From a virus: DNA of 64,000 bases. Where the stretch lies: the IMG/VR virus record IMGVR_UViG_3300030380_006185, positions 64,001 through 128,000 of that record. The stretch is one strand, 5' to 3'. The position numbers were made by a program, and so were the translations under genes. Under the pieces are notes generated by a model, which ran no database searches, was not told the origin of the DNA, and saw only the letters and a program-made list of their open reading frames with translations. Below, piece after piece: positions 32,706 to 43,641 of this stretch. The number at the start of each line of letters is the position of its first letter. Positions within the stretch are counted from its first letter, which is position 1.

Positions 32706-33614
32706 TTATTTAATTGTTTCTATTATTTTGGCTATTGCCGACATTATATTAATCTCTTTATCAATTCGGAAATTTGCTTGAAAAAGATGTTCATTTAGTA
32801 TTATAGTTACTGATCCTTCCTTATCTTTAGCATATACTGAAATATGTTCAAATAGTAAGCGGTATAGTTCTTCAAAATCTTTTACACCACTATCTGCTAT
32901 AATTTGTCTTATTTTAATCCAGTTTTTTGTTTGGGTAAGTTCTTTTAGTACTTCTTTAGTATAATTGTTTGAAGCTAAAACTGATTCATTTATTTTAAGT
33001 TTACCATCTTGGTTAGATAATTGGATTGTATTCAACATTTTTCTAACATCAGGATAGTTTTTATTTACTATAGTAGCTACTTCTTTAACATCATGTGAAA
33101 TACTTTCTTTTTCCATTACATCTGCTAAATGTTTTGCAATAACTGATTTTGATGGTGGAACAATTTTAAGTACTTGACAACGTGATTGTATTGGATCAAT
33201 AATTCTCTCAACAAAATTACACGTTAATATAAAGCGAGTTGAACGAGAAAATGTTTCAATTACGTTTCTAAGTGCTGCTTGTCCATTTATAGTAATAAAA
33301 TCTGCTTCATCTAAGATAACTACTTTTATACCATTCCAAGAAGCAGCAGAAGCGAATCCTTTTACTTTTTCTCTGATTGTATCAATTCCATTTTCATCAC
33401 TTGCGTTAATATAAAGATGGTCACAGTTTAGATTTTTAACTATAAGTTTAGCTAGTGTAGTTTTACCTGTTCCAGCAGGTCCATAGAATATAAAGTTTTG
33501 GATGTCGTTTTGGTCAAGATATTTTTGAATTGTCTCTTTGACTTGTTCATTTCCTACATAATCTTGTAAAACAGTAGGACGGTATTTTTCAACTAACAAA
33601 GTGTTGTCTTTCAT
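32706..33614 (-). CDS. Clamp-loader ATPase (RFC / T4 gp44-like)
   Basis: VEKYRP, GPAGTGKT, NASDENGID, ILDEAD, QSRC. Confidence 0.95.
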   Translation of the reverse strand: MKDNTLLVEKYRPTVLQDYVGNEQVKETIQKYLDQNDIQNFIFYGPAGTGKTTLAKLIVKNLNCDHLYINASDENGIDTIREKVKGFASAASWNGIKVVILDEADFITINGQAALRNVIETFSRSTRFILTCNFVERIIDPIQSRCQVLKIVPPSKSVIAKHLADVMEKESISHDVKEVATIVNKNYPDVRKMLNTIQLSNQDGKLKINESVLASNNYTKEVLKELTQTKNWIKIRQIIADSGVKDFEELYRLLFEHISVYAKDKEGSVTIILNEHLFQANFRIDKEINIMSAIAKIIETIK

Positions 33615-33665
33615 AACTTATTTTTATAACCTAATTATACAAAAACTTTTACCAATAGGCAAGTT

Positions 33666-34331
33666 TTATTTTTTAAAATATTGATTATAAGTTGTTTCTA
33701 CAAATTCATCATAAACAGGATGAAACATATATTCATCGATTCCCCTTCTAAGGATATCATCAGTTGTTATAAGAAATTCTCTTGGGGTGTATGTACCAGC
33801 ATCATCTCTTATCCATTGTTTAATGTCTTCTTCAGTAAAACCTCTATATGTAGCAATATCAACTTTTTTAAATTTTATATAATCTTTTATATCCTTAACT
33901 ATTTTTGATTGTTTTGAATATAGAAAACTTTTTAATTCTTCAGGAGTACCAAGTTTATTTTCATTAATTGCGCTATGTATTTCCTCTAAAGTATCTATTT
34001 CTAATTCACTTTCAAATCCATACCTATTAGAAAGTTTAGTTAAAATATTTTTAACTTTAATTTTATCTTTTCTATTAACTAGTATTTTAAGATTTTTATC
34101 ACTAATCCCATGATCATTTTCTACTGCAGCGTCAAAAGATTGAAGAAGGGATTCAACGTCATTTCTAAATTTTTTATATTTTTTTTCAAAATATGGTTCC
34201 CCTACTTTATCACTGTAGGTCATTAAATACAAGTGGACTAAATCATCTTTTGGTTTATAATCTATTGTACGAAGTTCTAATACCTTAGATATTTCCTCTT
34301 TGATAAGTTGTTTTAGTTGGGAATGTTTCAT
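33666..34331 (-). CDS. Leader-array protein, leader A (MKHSQLKQLIKEEI)
   Basis: Shared N-terminus, unique C-terminus. Confidence 0.85.
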   Translation of the reverse strand: MKHSQLKQLIKEEISKVLELRTIDYKPKDDLVHLYLMTYSDKVGEPYFEKKYKKFRNDVESLLQSFDAAVENDHGISDKNLKILVNRKDKIKVKNILTKLSNRYGFESELEIDTLEEIHSAINENKLGTPEELKSFLYSKQSKIVKDIKDYIKFKKVDIATYRGFTEEDIKQWIRDDAGTYTPREFLITTDDILRRGIDEYMFHPVYDEFVETTYNQYFKK

Positions 34332-34333
34332 TT

Positions 34334-34945
34334 TTATCTTTTTGGAAGTCTTCTCTTTAAAAGTAACTTATAGTCATAATCAACCATTTTATCTAAACCT
34401 GAATGGAATCCACGATTTCCACCCTCACGGTAGAAAAAGAAATATAATTTATGTTTAGGTGAATAATAATATTCAGATGAAAGTGATGTTGACAATGGTG
34501 TTTTTTTATAATTTTGTTCTATAGCTTGTTTAAATTCATCACGTGTCATACCATCAGTAGCTACATAAAGTTGTGTATGACCTAATGCCCCACTTGAAGT
34601 TCCTTCAACGTATGCTTTTATTGCTATACCCTTTTCTTCTAGTTCTTTAGCTAAAGCAGAAGCATCGTTCCATACTTTACTATCAGTACGAACTTCATCA
34701 ATTGGAAGAGAATTAACTTGAGCTTCTGCATCTCTTACCATTTTAAAGAATTTAGGTAAATCTTTTTTACTAATTTTAAGGTATGCGTCTCCACCATATG
34801 AATCACTACCTATAATAAAATACAAGTTACCATCAACACCAAATTTTAAATTTGCTACACCCAACATCTTAGATAAATGTTTACCTTCATTTAATACGCT
34901 ACGTATTTCCTCTTTAATAAGTTTTTTTAGTTGTGAGTGTTTCAT
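34334..34945 (-). CDS. Leader-array protein, leader A
   Basis: MKHSQLKKLIKEEIRSVLNE. Confidence 0.85.
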   Translation of the reverse strand: MKHSQLKKLIKEEIRSVLNEGKHLSKMLGVANLKFGVDGNLYFIIGSDSYGGDAYLKISKKDLPKFFKMVRDAEAQVNSLPIDEVRTDSKVWNDASALAKELEEKGIAIKAYVEGTSSGALGHTQLYVATDGMTRDEFKQAIEQNYKKTPLSTSLSSEYYYSPKHKLYFFFYREGGNRGFHSGLDKMVDYDYKLLLKRRLPKR

Positions 34946-35274
34946 CTTATTTTATTTAAAATGCTGTTAAAAATTTCTATCTCATCAGAAAAGAAATTAT
35001 CTCCCTTATTTTGCATTTCTTCAACCTTCATTTCTAGAAAATAAATTAATTTTCTTCTCTCTATAGGAGTAAGCTCAAGCGATTCATTTAATAGCTTATT
35101 TTCAGCTAATTGTACTTTTTTATTATAATGTGATTTTAGAACCATATTTATAGCATCTCTAAACTTCCAAAAGGGAGTTGAATATACTAAAGTTCTAATT
35201 TTACCTGCTAAATCAATTGTTGAAGCATTAGATATTTCTTCTTTAATAAGTTTTTTTAGTTGTGAGTGTTTCAT
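34942..35274 (-). CDS. Leader-array protein, leader A with internal leader-B fragment
   Basis: MKHSQLKKLIKEEI ... LAENKLLNE. Confidence 0.85.
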   Translation of the reverse strand: MKHSQLKKLIKEEISNASTIDLAGKIRTLVYSTPFWKFRDAINMVLKSHYNKKVQLAENKLLNESLELTPIERRKLIYFLEMKVEEMQNKGDNFFSDEIEIFNSILNKIR

Positions 35275-35756
35275 GATACGCTTTTTGTAATCTTCAGTTG
35301 TTTTAAATCTTTTAAATATTCATCTGTCATTACAAGAATTACTCCCATTTTGTAATGTGGTTGTTGAGAGGTAAATGAAAGTTCAGTTACTTTTGGGTTG
35401 AATCTAGGAGGTTTGTTATTGTAATATTGTATTTGATATACACCAAATTCTTTTCCTTCACCTTCTTTATCGGGGTGAGGGTCTTGTGGATAGTTCCCTT
35501 CAAATTGGTTATATTGAATATGTGAAAACATTGGAGATGTTGTTTTTTCAGGTGTCATCAAGTTCAATGTAGCTTCTTTCATACTACTAACTGCGTTTGG
35601 GAAGTATCGTTTAATAACTTCCATATCTTCAGCATCAGGTTTATTTCGTTCAACGTATTTTACAATTTTATCACCTGAAAAATTTTTGTAGGTGGCTTCA
35701 TTTAATGCGCTACGTATTTCCTCTTTGATGAGTTGTTTTAATTCGGAGTGTTTCAT
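35271..35756 (-). CDS. Leader-array protein, leader A
   Basis: MKHSELKQLIKEEIRSALNE. Confidence 0.85.
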   Translation of the reverse strand: MKHSELKQLIKEEIRSALNEATYKNFSGDKIVKYVERNKPDAEDMEVIKRYFPNAVSSMKEATLNLMTPEKTTSPMFSHIQYNQFEGNYPQDPHPDKEGEGKEFGVYQIQYYNNKPPRFNPKVTELSFTSQQPHYKMGVILVMTDEYLKDLKQLKITKSVS

Positions 35757-35757
35757 C

Positions 35758-35997
35758 TTATTTTTGTGAAAATCGAAAATATTTTCTTATTGTATCCTTA
35801 ATATCCAACTCATTATTTTTCCAGTATTTTTCATCAAAAGAATCATAATCATCACCAGGTTGTGCTTCTAACCCCTTTTCATATGCTACTTGAAAATGAA
35901 TTTTAAGAGCATTTGTTAATGAGGTATCTGGGAATTGGGTATCTTCATTTAATAGCTTATTTTCAGCTAAATATTTTTTTAAGTCAAAGTTTTTCAT
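35758..35997 (-). CDS. Leader-array protein, leader B (MKNFDLKKYLAENKLLNE)
   Basis: Shared N-terminus. Confidence 0.85.
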   Translation of the reverse strand: MKNFDLKKYLAENKLLNEDTQFPDTSLTNALKIHFQVAYEKGLEAQPGDDYDSFDEKYWKNNELDIKDTIRKYFRFSQK

Positions 35998-36003
35998 TTT
36001 ATT

Positions 36004-36240
36004 TTATATATTGTTACTAATTTCTTTTAATTTTGAAATAATTGCTTTAATTTCTTTACTATAAAGTTGTATATTTTCTTTTTCATCAAACATGTATTCT
36101 CTAACATTTGAATTTAAAATGTTATTTAACTGTTCAATAGATCGATCAAATGCATCTTTAAAGGTATTAGGTTTATTATAAAAGTTTTCATTTAATAGCT
36201 TATTTTCAGCTAAATATTTTTTTAAATTAAAGTTTTCCAT
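36004..36240 (-). CDS. Leader-array protein, leader B
   Basis: MENFNLKKYLAENKLLNE (start 36240). Confidence 0.85.
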   Translation of the reverse strand: MENFNLKKYLAENKLLNENFYNKPNTFKDAFDRSIEQLNNILNSNVREYMFDEKENIQLYSKEIKAIISKLKEISNNI

Positions 36241-36241
36241 T

Positions 36242-36793
36242 TTAATCAAATTTATAATATTTCTTTTTGTTCCTTATAGTACCTAATAATATGTTATTTA
36301 TTACGTCTGTAACTGTTTTTAAACTTCTATCTAATTCCTCTTCAGATTGATCATTTTTTACTGCAGTCATAAAAACATCATCTAATGCTTTTACTATGGA
36401 TTTTCTTAGTGGATTATATAATTCTACTGATACTCCAGATACATAATTTCGGTGCATTGGATTAGCTTCAATCTCATTCACTTCATTTAGTTCTCCTTCA
36501 CTACGTAAATGTCCTACTACATATTCTTTATATCTTTCAATTATATCTAATATAGTAAAATTGTCTGGAAATTGGTTTGCTGTAGTTCTTTGTAACATTT
36601 CTTTATCAGTGTATCTGTTGGAATATTCAGGGTGTGCCTTGTCAAACCCATCCATTGAACCAAACTGAGCCTTCCATGATTTTCTTTTATATGCTTCTGA
36701 TCCTTTATTTTCGGGGTCTTGGTTAGGATCATATTCATTTAAAGCATTATGTACTTCTTCTTTAATAAGTTGTTTTAGTTCTGATGGTTTCAT
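36242..36793 (-). CDS. Leader-array protein, leader A
   Basis: MKPSELKQLIKEEVHNALNE. Confidence 0.85.
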   Translation of the reverse strand: MKPSELKQLIKEEVHNALNEYDPNQDPENKGSEAYKRKSWKAQFGSMDGFDKAHPEYSNRYTDKEMLQRTTANQFPDNFTILDIIERYKEYVVGHLRSEGELNEVNEIEANPMHRNYVSGVSVELYNPLRKSIVKALDDVFMTAVKNDQSEEELDRSLKTVTDVINNILLGTIRNKKKYYKFD

Positions 36794-36999
36794 TAATAGT
36801 ATCCTCCTCTATATTTTAAAGTTTTTGCTATTGGCTCTAGTTTTGATGCTAAAGCAACTTTACCATCTTTAGATAAAATATCACCTAAATCTTTTACTGC
36901 TTTAACAATTCCATCAATTTTTTCTAATTCTTCATCAAAATTTTCTTCTTTCACTAGCTTATTTTCAGCTAAGTATTTTTTTAAATTAAATTCTTTCAT
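36793..36999 (-). CDS. Leader-array protein, leader B
   Basis: MKEFNLKKYLAENKLVKE. Confidence 0.85.
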   Translation of the reverse strand: MKEFNLKKYLAENKLVKEENFDEELEKIDGIVKAVKDLGDILSKDGKVALASKLEPIAKTLKYRGGYY

Positions 37000-37010
37000 T
37001 TTAATTAAAT

Positions 37011-37286
37011 TTACATTTTATATATTGTTGGCAAGTCATTTTTTGATACAGTATCACCTAATTCAATTACCCAATAAGCACTTTCTGGTAGACCCATTTC
37101 TTTTCCAATAACCGCTCGTATTTCTTCTAAAGTTGCTTCTCTGGTAAGTTCAAGAAAATCTCCATAGGATTCATAACGATCTATACTATATTTTAGTACT
37201 CTGTATATTCCAGGTTTGAAGATTTCTGTTTCCTCATTTAATAGCTTATTTTCAGCTAAGTATTTTTTTAAATTAAATTCTTTCAT
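37011..37286 (-). CDS. Leader-array protein, leader B
   Basis: MKEFNLKKYLAENKLLNE. Confidence 0.85.
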   Translation of the reverse strand: MKEFNLKKYLAENKLLNEETEIFKPGIYRVLKYSIDRYESYGDFLELTREATLEEIRAVIGKEMGLPESAYWVIELGDTVSKNDLPTIYKM

Positions 37287-38236
37287 AATCCTGCTCTTTT
37301 TTGCATTAAATATAGATCTAAATCAAATTCTATACCTTCTTTTAATGACGCCTTTTTAATTAATAGTTTTTGTCTTTGATCAGGTGAAATACCTGTTACA
37401 ACTAGTTTATATTTTCTTTTACCATCTACCTCAACTGGTTCAGTTTTATAATTTGCAGATGGAACATCTCCAATTTCTTTTTGAAATTGTTTTCTAATTT
37501 TTTCTACTTTATCTAAAGAATCAGCCATAGCAGAAAGTGGTGGAACAACTTTTTTTTCAGGTTTTTTAATTACCTCACCTGCATCGTCTGTTTTTTCAAC
37601 ATCAACAATTTCATACTCTAAACCTGAGTTATCCATTATTGTTTTCATTACTTTTTGAAGGTATGGTTTTGGTTTGTAAGGGCTGTTTTCTAATGGGAAA
37701 ATAATTTTACCATCTTTTACATTAAAATGAACATCTTTTTCTAATCTACCAGCATACTTTTTTAAGTTAGCTGGTGTTTTTAATGGGAAATAATTTTTAC
37801 CATATCTACCAATAAAATCTTTTGGGAGTTGTTTTCCCTCTAATGTATATAAATAATCTTCTATTTCACCTTCATTTCCTGCAGTTTGCCATTCTTCAAA
37901 TCCTGCTTTTGCTTGCTCCATTGCTTTTTCATAATCTTCGGGAGCTCGTTTTTTGATATCAATAAGTTTAAACCCTTTTGCATCATTAGATCTTTCTGTC
38001 CAATCATTCCAAGCTGCTCTTGTTTTTTGAGCAGGAACAGAAGGTCCAAATGCTTTTTGTATAGCTTTTGGGTCACGTAGGTTTTGAGCATAGATACCAT
38101 AGTTGTCTATATTATCTAAAGCGTCTAATGCAGCTGGTATATCTGTAGGTTGGATAGCAAGGTCGTATTGAACCTTAAGTTGCTTCATTCCATCTTCTTC
38201 ACCCTCTACCTCTCTTAAAATATCTGTTAATTTCAT
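37283..38236 (-). CDS. Leader-array protein, leader C (MKLTDILRE), C-terminal MQKRAGL
   Basis: 317-aa ORF within array. Confidence 0.8.
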   Translation of the reverse strand: MKLTDILREVEGEEDGMKQLKVQYDLAIQPTDIPAALDALDNIDNYGIYAQNLRDPKAIQKAFGPSVPAQKTRAAWNDWTERSNDAKGFKLIDIKKRAPEDYEKAMEQAKAGFEEWQTAGNEGEIEDYLYTLEGKQLPKDFIGRYGKNYFPLKTPANLKKYAGRLEKDVHFNVKDGKIIFPLENSPYKPKPYLQKVMKTIMDNSGLEYEIVDVEKTDDAGEVIKKPEKKVVPPLSAMADSLDKVEKIRKQFQKEIGDVPSANYKTEPVEVDGKRKYKLVVTGISPDQRQKLLIKKASLKEGIEFDLDLYLMQKRAGL

Positions 38237-38496
38237 ATTTGGGCAATAGTTGGGTGTGGCCTATAATCAGGGTATTTTTCTTTAAAATGAGTTTTTAAAT
38301 GATGAGCTATTGCTAAATATGCGTTTTCTGCTTTTTCTGCTGTACGAATATCGTCTGATTTAAGAGCAAGAATAGCATTTGAAAATTTTGCTTGAGCTAT
38401 TGCTAAGTTTTCTGCTGCTCTACTTTCAAATTGGCCTATATACTGTTCCTCAAGTTTATTTTCAGCTAAATATTTTTTTAGATTAAAATTGTCCAT
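38233..38496 (-). CDS. Leader-array protein, leader B
   Basis: MDNFNLKKYLAENKLEE. Confidence 0.85.
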   Translation of the reverse strand: MDNFNLKKYLAENKLEEQYIGQFESRAAENLAIAQAKFSNAILALKSDDIRTAEKAENAYLAIAHHLKTHFKEKYPDYRPHPTIAQI

Positions 38497-38508
38497 TTGA
38501 TTATTTTG

Positions 38509-38518
38509 TTATAAATAT
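38509..38518 (-). promoter_or_regulatory. Putative late promoter ATATTTATAA
   Basis: Same 10-mer at 31580,17808,16136 and a variant at ~56087, each shortly upstream of a start codon. Confidence 0.6.
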
Positions 38519-38520
38519 AT

Positions 38521-38550
38521 AAAAAAGGGGACCAATTACATTGGATCCCC
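38521..38550 (-). terminator. Rho-independent terminator ending chaperonin operon
   Basis: GGGGATCCAAT-GTA-ATTGGTCCCC then TTTTTT. Confidence 0.75.
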
Positions 38551-38799
38551 GTAAATATTATATCTTTTAGTTGGTTCAGGAAGTATTTCCTCTTCTTCAC
38601 TTCTTATAGCAAATAATTTACTATCTAAAGGTGCTAAACGAAATTCAACTTTTTCTTGGTTTTTATCAAACCATGCTTCTAAAGCATCAGTTATTGATTC
38701 ATGAATTATTTCTTTTTCATCATTAACAAGTACCCACCTGTCTCCAGGTGGTACTCGTGTTGCAATTAATTCATTTATTTCTACTACTTGTGTTTCCAT
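38536..38799 (-). CDS. Hypothetical protein
   Basis: 87-aa ORF coupled to groEL. Confidence 0.7.
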   Translation of the reverse strand: METQVVEINELIATRVPPGDRWVLVNDEKEIIHESITDALEAWFDKNQEKVEFRLAPLDSKLFAIRSEEEEILPEPTKRYNIYGDPM

Positions 38800-38800
38800 A

Positions 38801-40735
<1,935 letters not shown>

Positions 40736-40739
<4 letters not shown>

Positions 40740-41092
40740 AATTCTACTTTGTTTAATAATGTTTCTAATCCGTTTCTTACTTCTTCCCAAGAACTAATAT
40801 AGTCTTGGATTGAACTATATTCTCCTGGGTTGTTGTAAAATTTTTCTTTTGCTATTCTGTTTAAGGCATTTCTAAAACTTGAATAATAACCTACAGTTTT
40901 TTCAACTTCTTTACCTGTTGCTTTTCTTCCAGCAAACCCACGAGTAGAAATTGATTTTTCTATCACAGTAAAGTTTGTTGCATCTTTAGAAATATAAAAG
41001 GGTTCCATTAGTGGATCTTTTATAATACAATAAGATAAATTTTGTGTTTGTGTGTCTTTTGAGGGACGTCCTCTTTTTGTAGTTTTTGGCAT
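40736..41092 (-). CDS. Hypothetical protein with AT-hook-like KRGRP
   Basis: 118-aa ORF upstream of groES. Confidence 0.7.
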
Positions 41093-41163
41093 AACTAAAT
41101 TTAAATTTGTTCGTATAAATGTACAAATAAAATTGCGCTAGAGCACGCTTTTTTTAATAAAAC

Positions 41164-41589
41164 TTACTTAATTTTAATTGATTTTGGTTTTGAACTTTCA
41201 GCTAAAGGAATAAATACTTCAAGCAATCCATTTTCTAGTTTAGCTTCTGTTTGAGCTAAATCAAATTTGGGAGCTATTTTATACCCTAGGTTAAAAGATT
41301 TTTTAGACAAACCATGATAAATTGTTCCTTCAGGAACGTTTTCATTTTTGTCATTTTTTTCATAACTAATTTTTAATACATCATCTTCAATATCTATTAT
41401 AATATCTTTCTTAGTTAAACCAGTACAAGCAATCTCAAAATTGAGGCCTTTACTATTATAAAAAATATTTAGTGGATGTGGTTGTTTGGAATTTAATGCA
41501 GGTGCAAATTGGTCTTGCGCATTAAAAAAATTGCGGAATAAAATATCGAAAGGACTATGTTGCCTTTCATAAAATTCTAATGTACTCAT
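41164..41589 (-). CDS. Small heat-shock protein Hsp20
   Basis: PLNI, EIACTGL.K.DI, AKLENGLLEVFIP, PKSIKIK (IXI). Confidence 0.92.
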   Translation of the reverse strand: MSTLEFYERQHSPFDILFRNFFNAQDQFAPALNSKQPHPLNIFYNSKGLNFEIACTGLTKKDIIIDIEDDVLKISYEKNDKNENVPEGTIYHGLSKKSFNLGYKIAPKFDLAQTEAKLENGLLEVFIPLAESSKPKSIKIK

Positions 41590-41676
41590 ATCATTAATTA
41601 TTGTGAGCGCCTTAGCTGCTCGGGTTTATAAAAACATAACTTGTGCTCTAGCTACAATGTTATTTGTTAATACATA

Positions 41677-42411
41677 TTAAAAAGCACTTTCTTCTTTACG
41701 AATCATGTAATAAGTGCTTGTGGTATTTTCAGATTTAAATTCTAATTTAAGTAAACCTTGATAACTTAAACATAAAGTTCCTTCCTCTAGATCTTTATTT
41801 ACATTTAAAATAGTTTTAAACATATCTGAATTAAAAGGAATGCTTACATCTGCTTGTCTTATTTCTCCTGTTAGATTATAAGTAATTTTATTGTTATGAC
41901 CTTGTTCATCTCCAAAAGTAACTACACATAAATCATCTCCATCTAAATCTGTATCTGGGGATATAGTCATGTTTCCTATACCCGCTAAAGCAGATTTTGC
42001 TTTAACTAAATTATCTACTTGTTCTTTTTCAAGTGGTAAAACCATATCCCATTTAGGTTCATCTACTGTACCTGGTTTGGCTATAAGTAAAGGATCAGAT
42101 AAAGCATATGTTAAATTAAAATCACTATCAGCTAAAAACATTTTAGTGTAAACAGCTTTTGTTTTTTCAAAATTAATTAAAAGATCACCTGAAGTTATAT
42201 TTACTAAACTAAGTAGTTTTTTAGTGTCAAAAATAGCTAAATTACTATCTTCAACATTTATATCAGTATGAGTAACATTTCCTATTACTTCTTTATTTAT
42301 AGACATAAAGTCTATATTTAATTTTTTATCTTGTATATTCCATTTAACAGACTCTATCTCACCAAGATAATATTTGTTTATAACACTTTGTAAAACTAAT
42401 TTATTAACCAT
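41677..42411 (-). CDS. Sliding clamp (gp45/PCNA-like)
   Basis: 244 aa beta-rich, C-terminal GLLKLEF...STYYM; next to PolB, clamp loader present. Confidence 0.7.
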   Translation of the reverse strand: MVNKLVLQSVINKYYLGEIESVKWNIQDKKLNIDFMSINKEVIGNVTHTDINVEDSNLAIFDTKKLLSLVNITSGDLLINFEKTKAVYTKMFLADSDFNLTYALSDPLLIAKPGTVDEPKWDMVLPLEKEQVDNLVKAKSALAGIGNMTISPDTDLDGDDLCVVTFGDEQGHNNKITYNLTGEIRQADVSIPFNSDMFKTILNVNKDLEEGTLCLSYQGLLKLEFKSENTTSTYYMIRKEESAF

Positions 42412-42443
42412 ATTTTAAATATAATAATTTTTTATTAAATAAC

Positions 42444-43376
42444 CTAACTAAAATTGAAAAACTTGTCTTTATATGGATTTAAATTTAATGACCAACCTAA
42501 ATCATCATAAAAACCCTCTAACTTATTTAGTAATATAGCATCAAATATTTTTTGTCTATCAGCATATTTTTCCATAAACTCCTCTATTTTAGGTGGTAAA
42601 TCAAAATCTAAAAACCCTAATGTATCTATCTGGTATGGGTTTGGTTTTAGGTAAATGAATTTAATTTTATCACCTTGTGCTATATAAGAATGTTTAGTGT
42701 TTAATTTCCAAAATCTAATTAAATCGTTATATACAGCAGCAGCTTTAGCACTTACAGGGGCACCTTTAATCATTTGGGTAAACATTTCACCTGCTTTAGG
42801 TTTACGACCCATATACTTGTTTAATGTTTTTACTCCTGTTGGGTTGCCTAATTTAACTAAAGGGATATCTCCATTTAAGATTTGGTTTTTGAATTCTTTA
42901 ACTTTTTGATCTACATCAGTTTGTGTAGAACCCTTCAAAACATCAATTAAAATATCTTTAAAAAACTTACCTAATACAGGTGGAAAATTTGCTTTTTTAA
43001 ACTCAAGACCTTTTATATCAAGTGACTCTTTTACTATACCTTCTTGTTTAGTAATCCATTGAGCATATCTTCTAGTTTTTCTAAAATAAGCTGATCTGAT
43101 TACACATTCAGTCTTCATTTCAAGTCTATGAGTAGGGACATTAAAACATTCTTTAGCTAGTGTATTATAAGAATCTGTGATAATATCTTGATATTTAAGG
43201 GCTACCTTTTCAAGTTTTTCATCCTTATCTTCATCAGACATTTTATCAAAATCAGGATAGAAGTGTTTTAGGATAGGTTCAGCATGAAAGTAGTTGCTAT
43301 CTGTGTCTACATAAGCACAGTAGTTTACATCACCTTCATCACAAATCATCCACGGTACGTCTTCTATATGCTTCAT
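42444..43376 (-). CDS. Family B DNA polymerase, C-terminal subunit (palm motif C and thumb)
   Basis: YVDTDS, RRYA, IKGLE; start MKHIED at 43376. Confidence 0.9.
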   Translation of the reverse strand: MKHIEDVPWMICDEGDVNYCAYVDTDSNYFHAEPILKHFYPDFDKMSDEDKDEKLEKVALKYQDIITDSYNTLAKECFNVPTHRLEMKTECVIRSAYFRKTRRYAQWITKQEGIVKESLDIKGLEFKKANFPPVLGKFFKDILIDVLKGSTQTDVDQKVKEFKNQILNGDIPLVKLGNPTGVKTLNKYMGRKPKAGEMFTQMIKGAPVSAKAAAVYNDLIRFWKLNTKHSYIAQGDKIKFIYLKPNPYQIDTLGFLDFDLPPKIEEFMEKYADRQKIFDAILLNKLEGFYDDLGWSLNLNPYKDKFFNFS

Positions 43377-43377
43377 T

Positions 43378-43641
43378 TTAAAATCTTTGATCAATTCCAG
43401 GTGCTACCATTTTACCACTTGGTTTTTCTCCTTTTGAGGTAAGCACTTCATGAGGTGGAACTACTTCTATTTTAACACCTTGTATTTTACATTTGCCTCC
43501 TTGTTTAAGGAATTTTTTAAATAATATTTCTTGTTTTTCTGTCCAAGATTCACTTCTTTTTATTATAGTTTGTTTATCTACTATAACATTATCAAATTTA
43601 ACTTGAACATTTTTTCTTATTGATTGTGGGGAAAGTGCCAT
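43378..43641 (-). CDS. 87-aa basic hypothetical protein between the PolB halves
   Basis: TAATG-coupled to PolB-N stop. Confidence 0.75.
   Translation of the reverse strand: MALSPQSIRKNVQVKFDNVIVDKQTIIKRSESWTEKQEILFKKFLKQGGKCKIQGVKIEVVPPHEVLTSKGEKPSGKMVAPGIDQRF

Noticed and set aside
33666-38496. Diversity-generating retroelement or RiPP precursor array
   Set aside because: No reverse transcriptase or adenine-specific TR/VR pair; cargo regions are domain-sized with no modifying enzymes adjacent
41137-41652. CIRCE operator upstream of chaperone genes
   Set aside because: Does not match TTAGCACTC-N9-GAGTGCTAA; the two arms are ~500 bp apart
43378-43641. Intein, group I intron or homing endonuclease in PolB
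   Set aside because: No splice-junction residues, no LAGLIDADG/HNH/GIY-YIG motif and no non-coding room for an intron core
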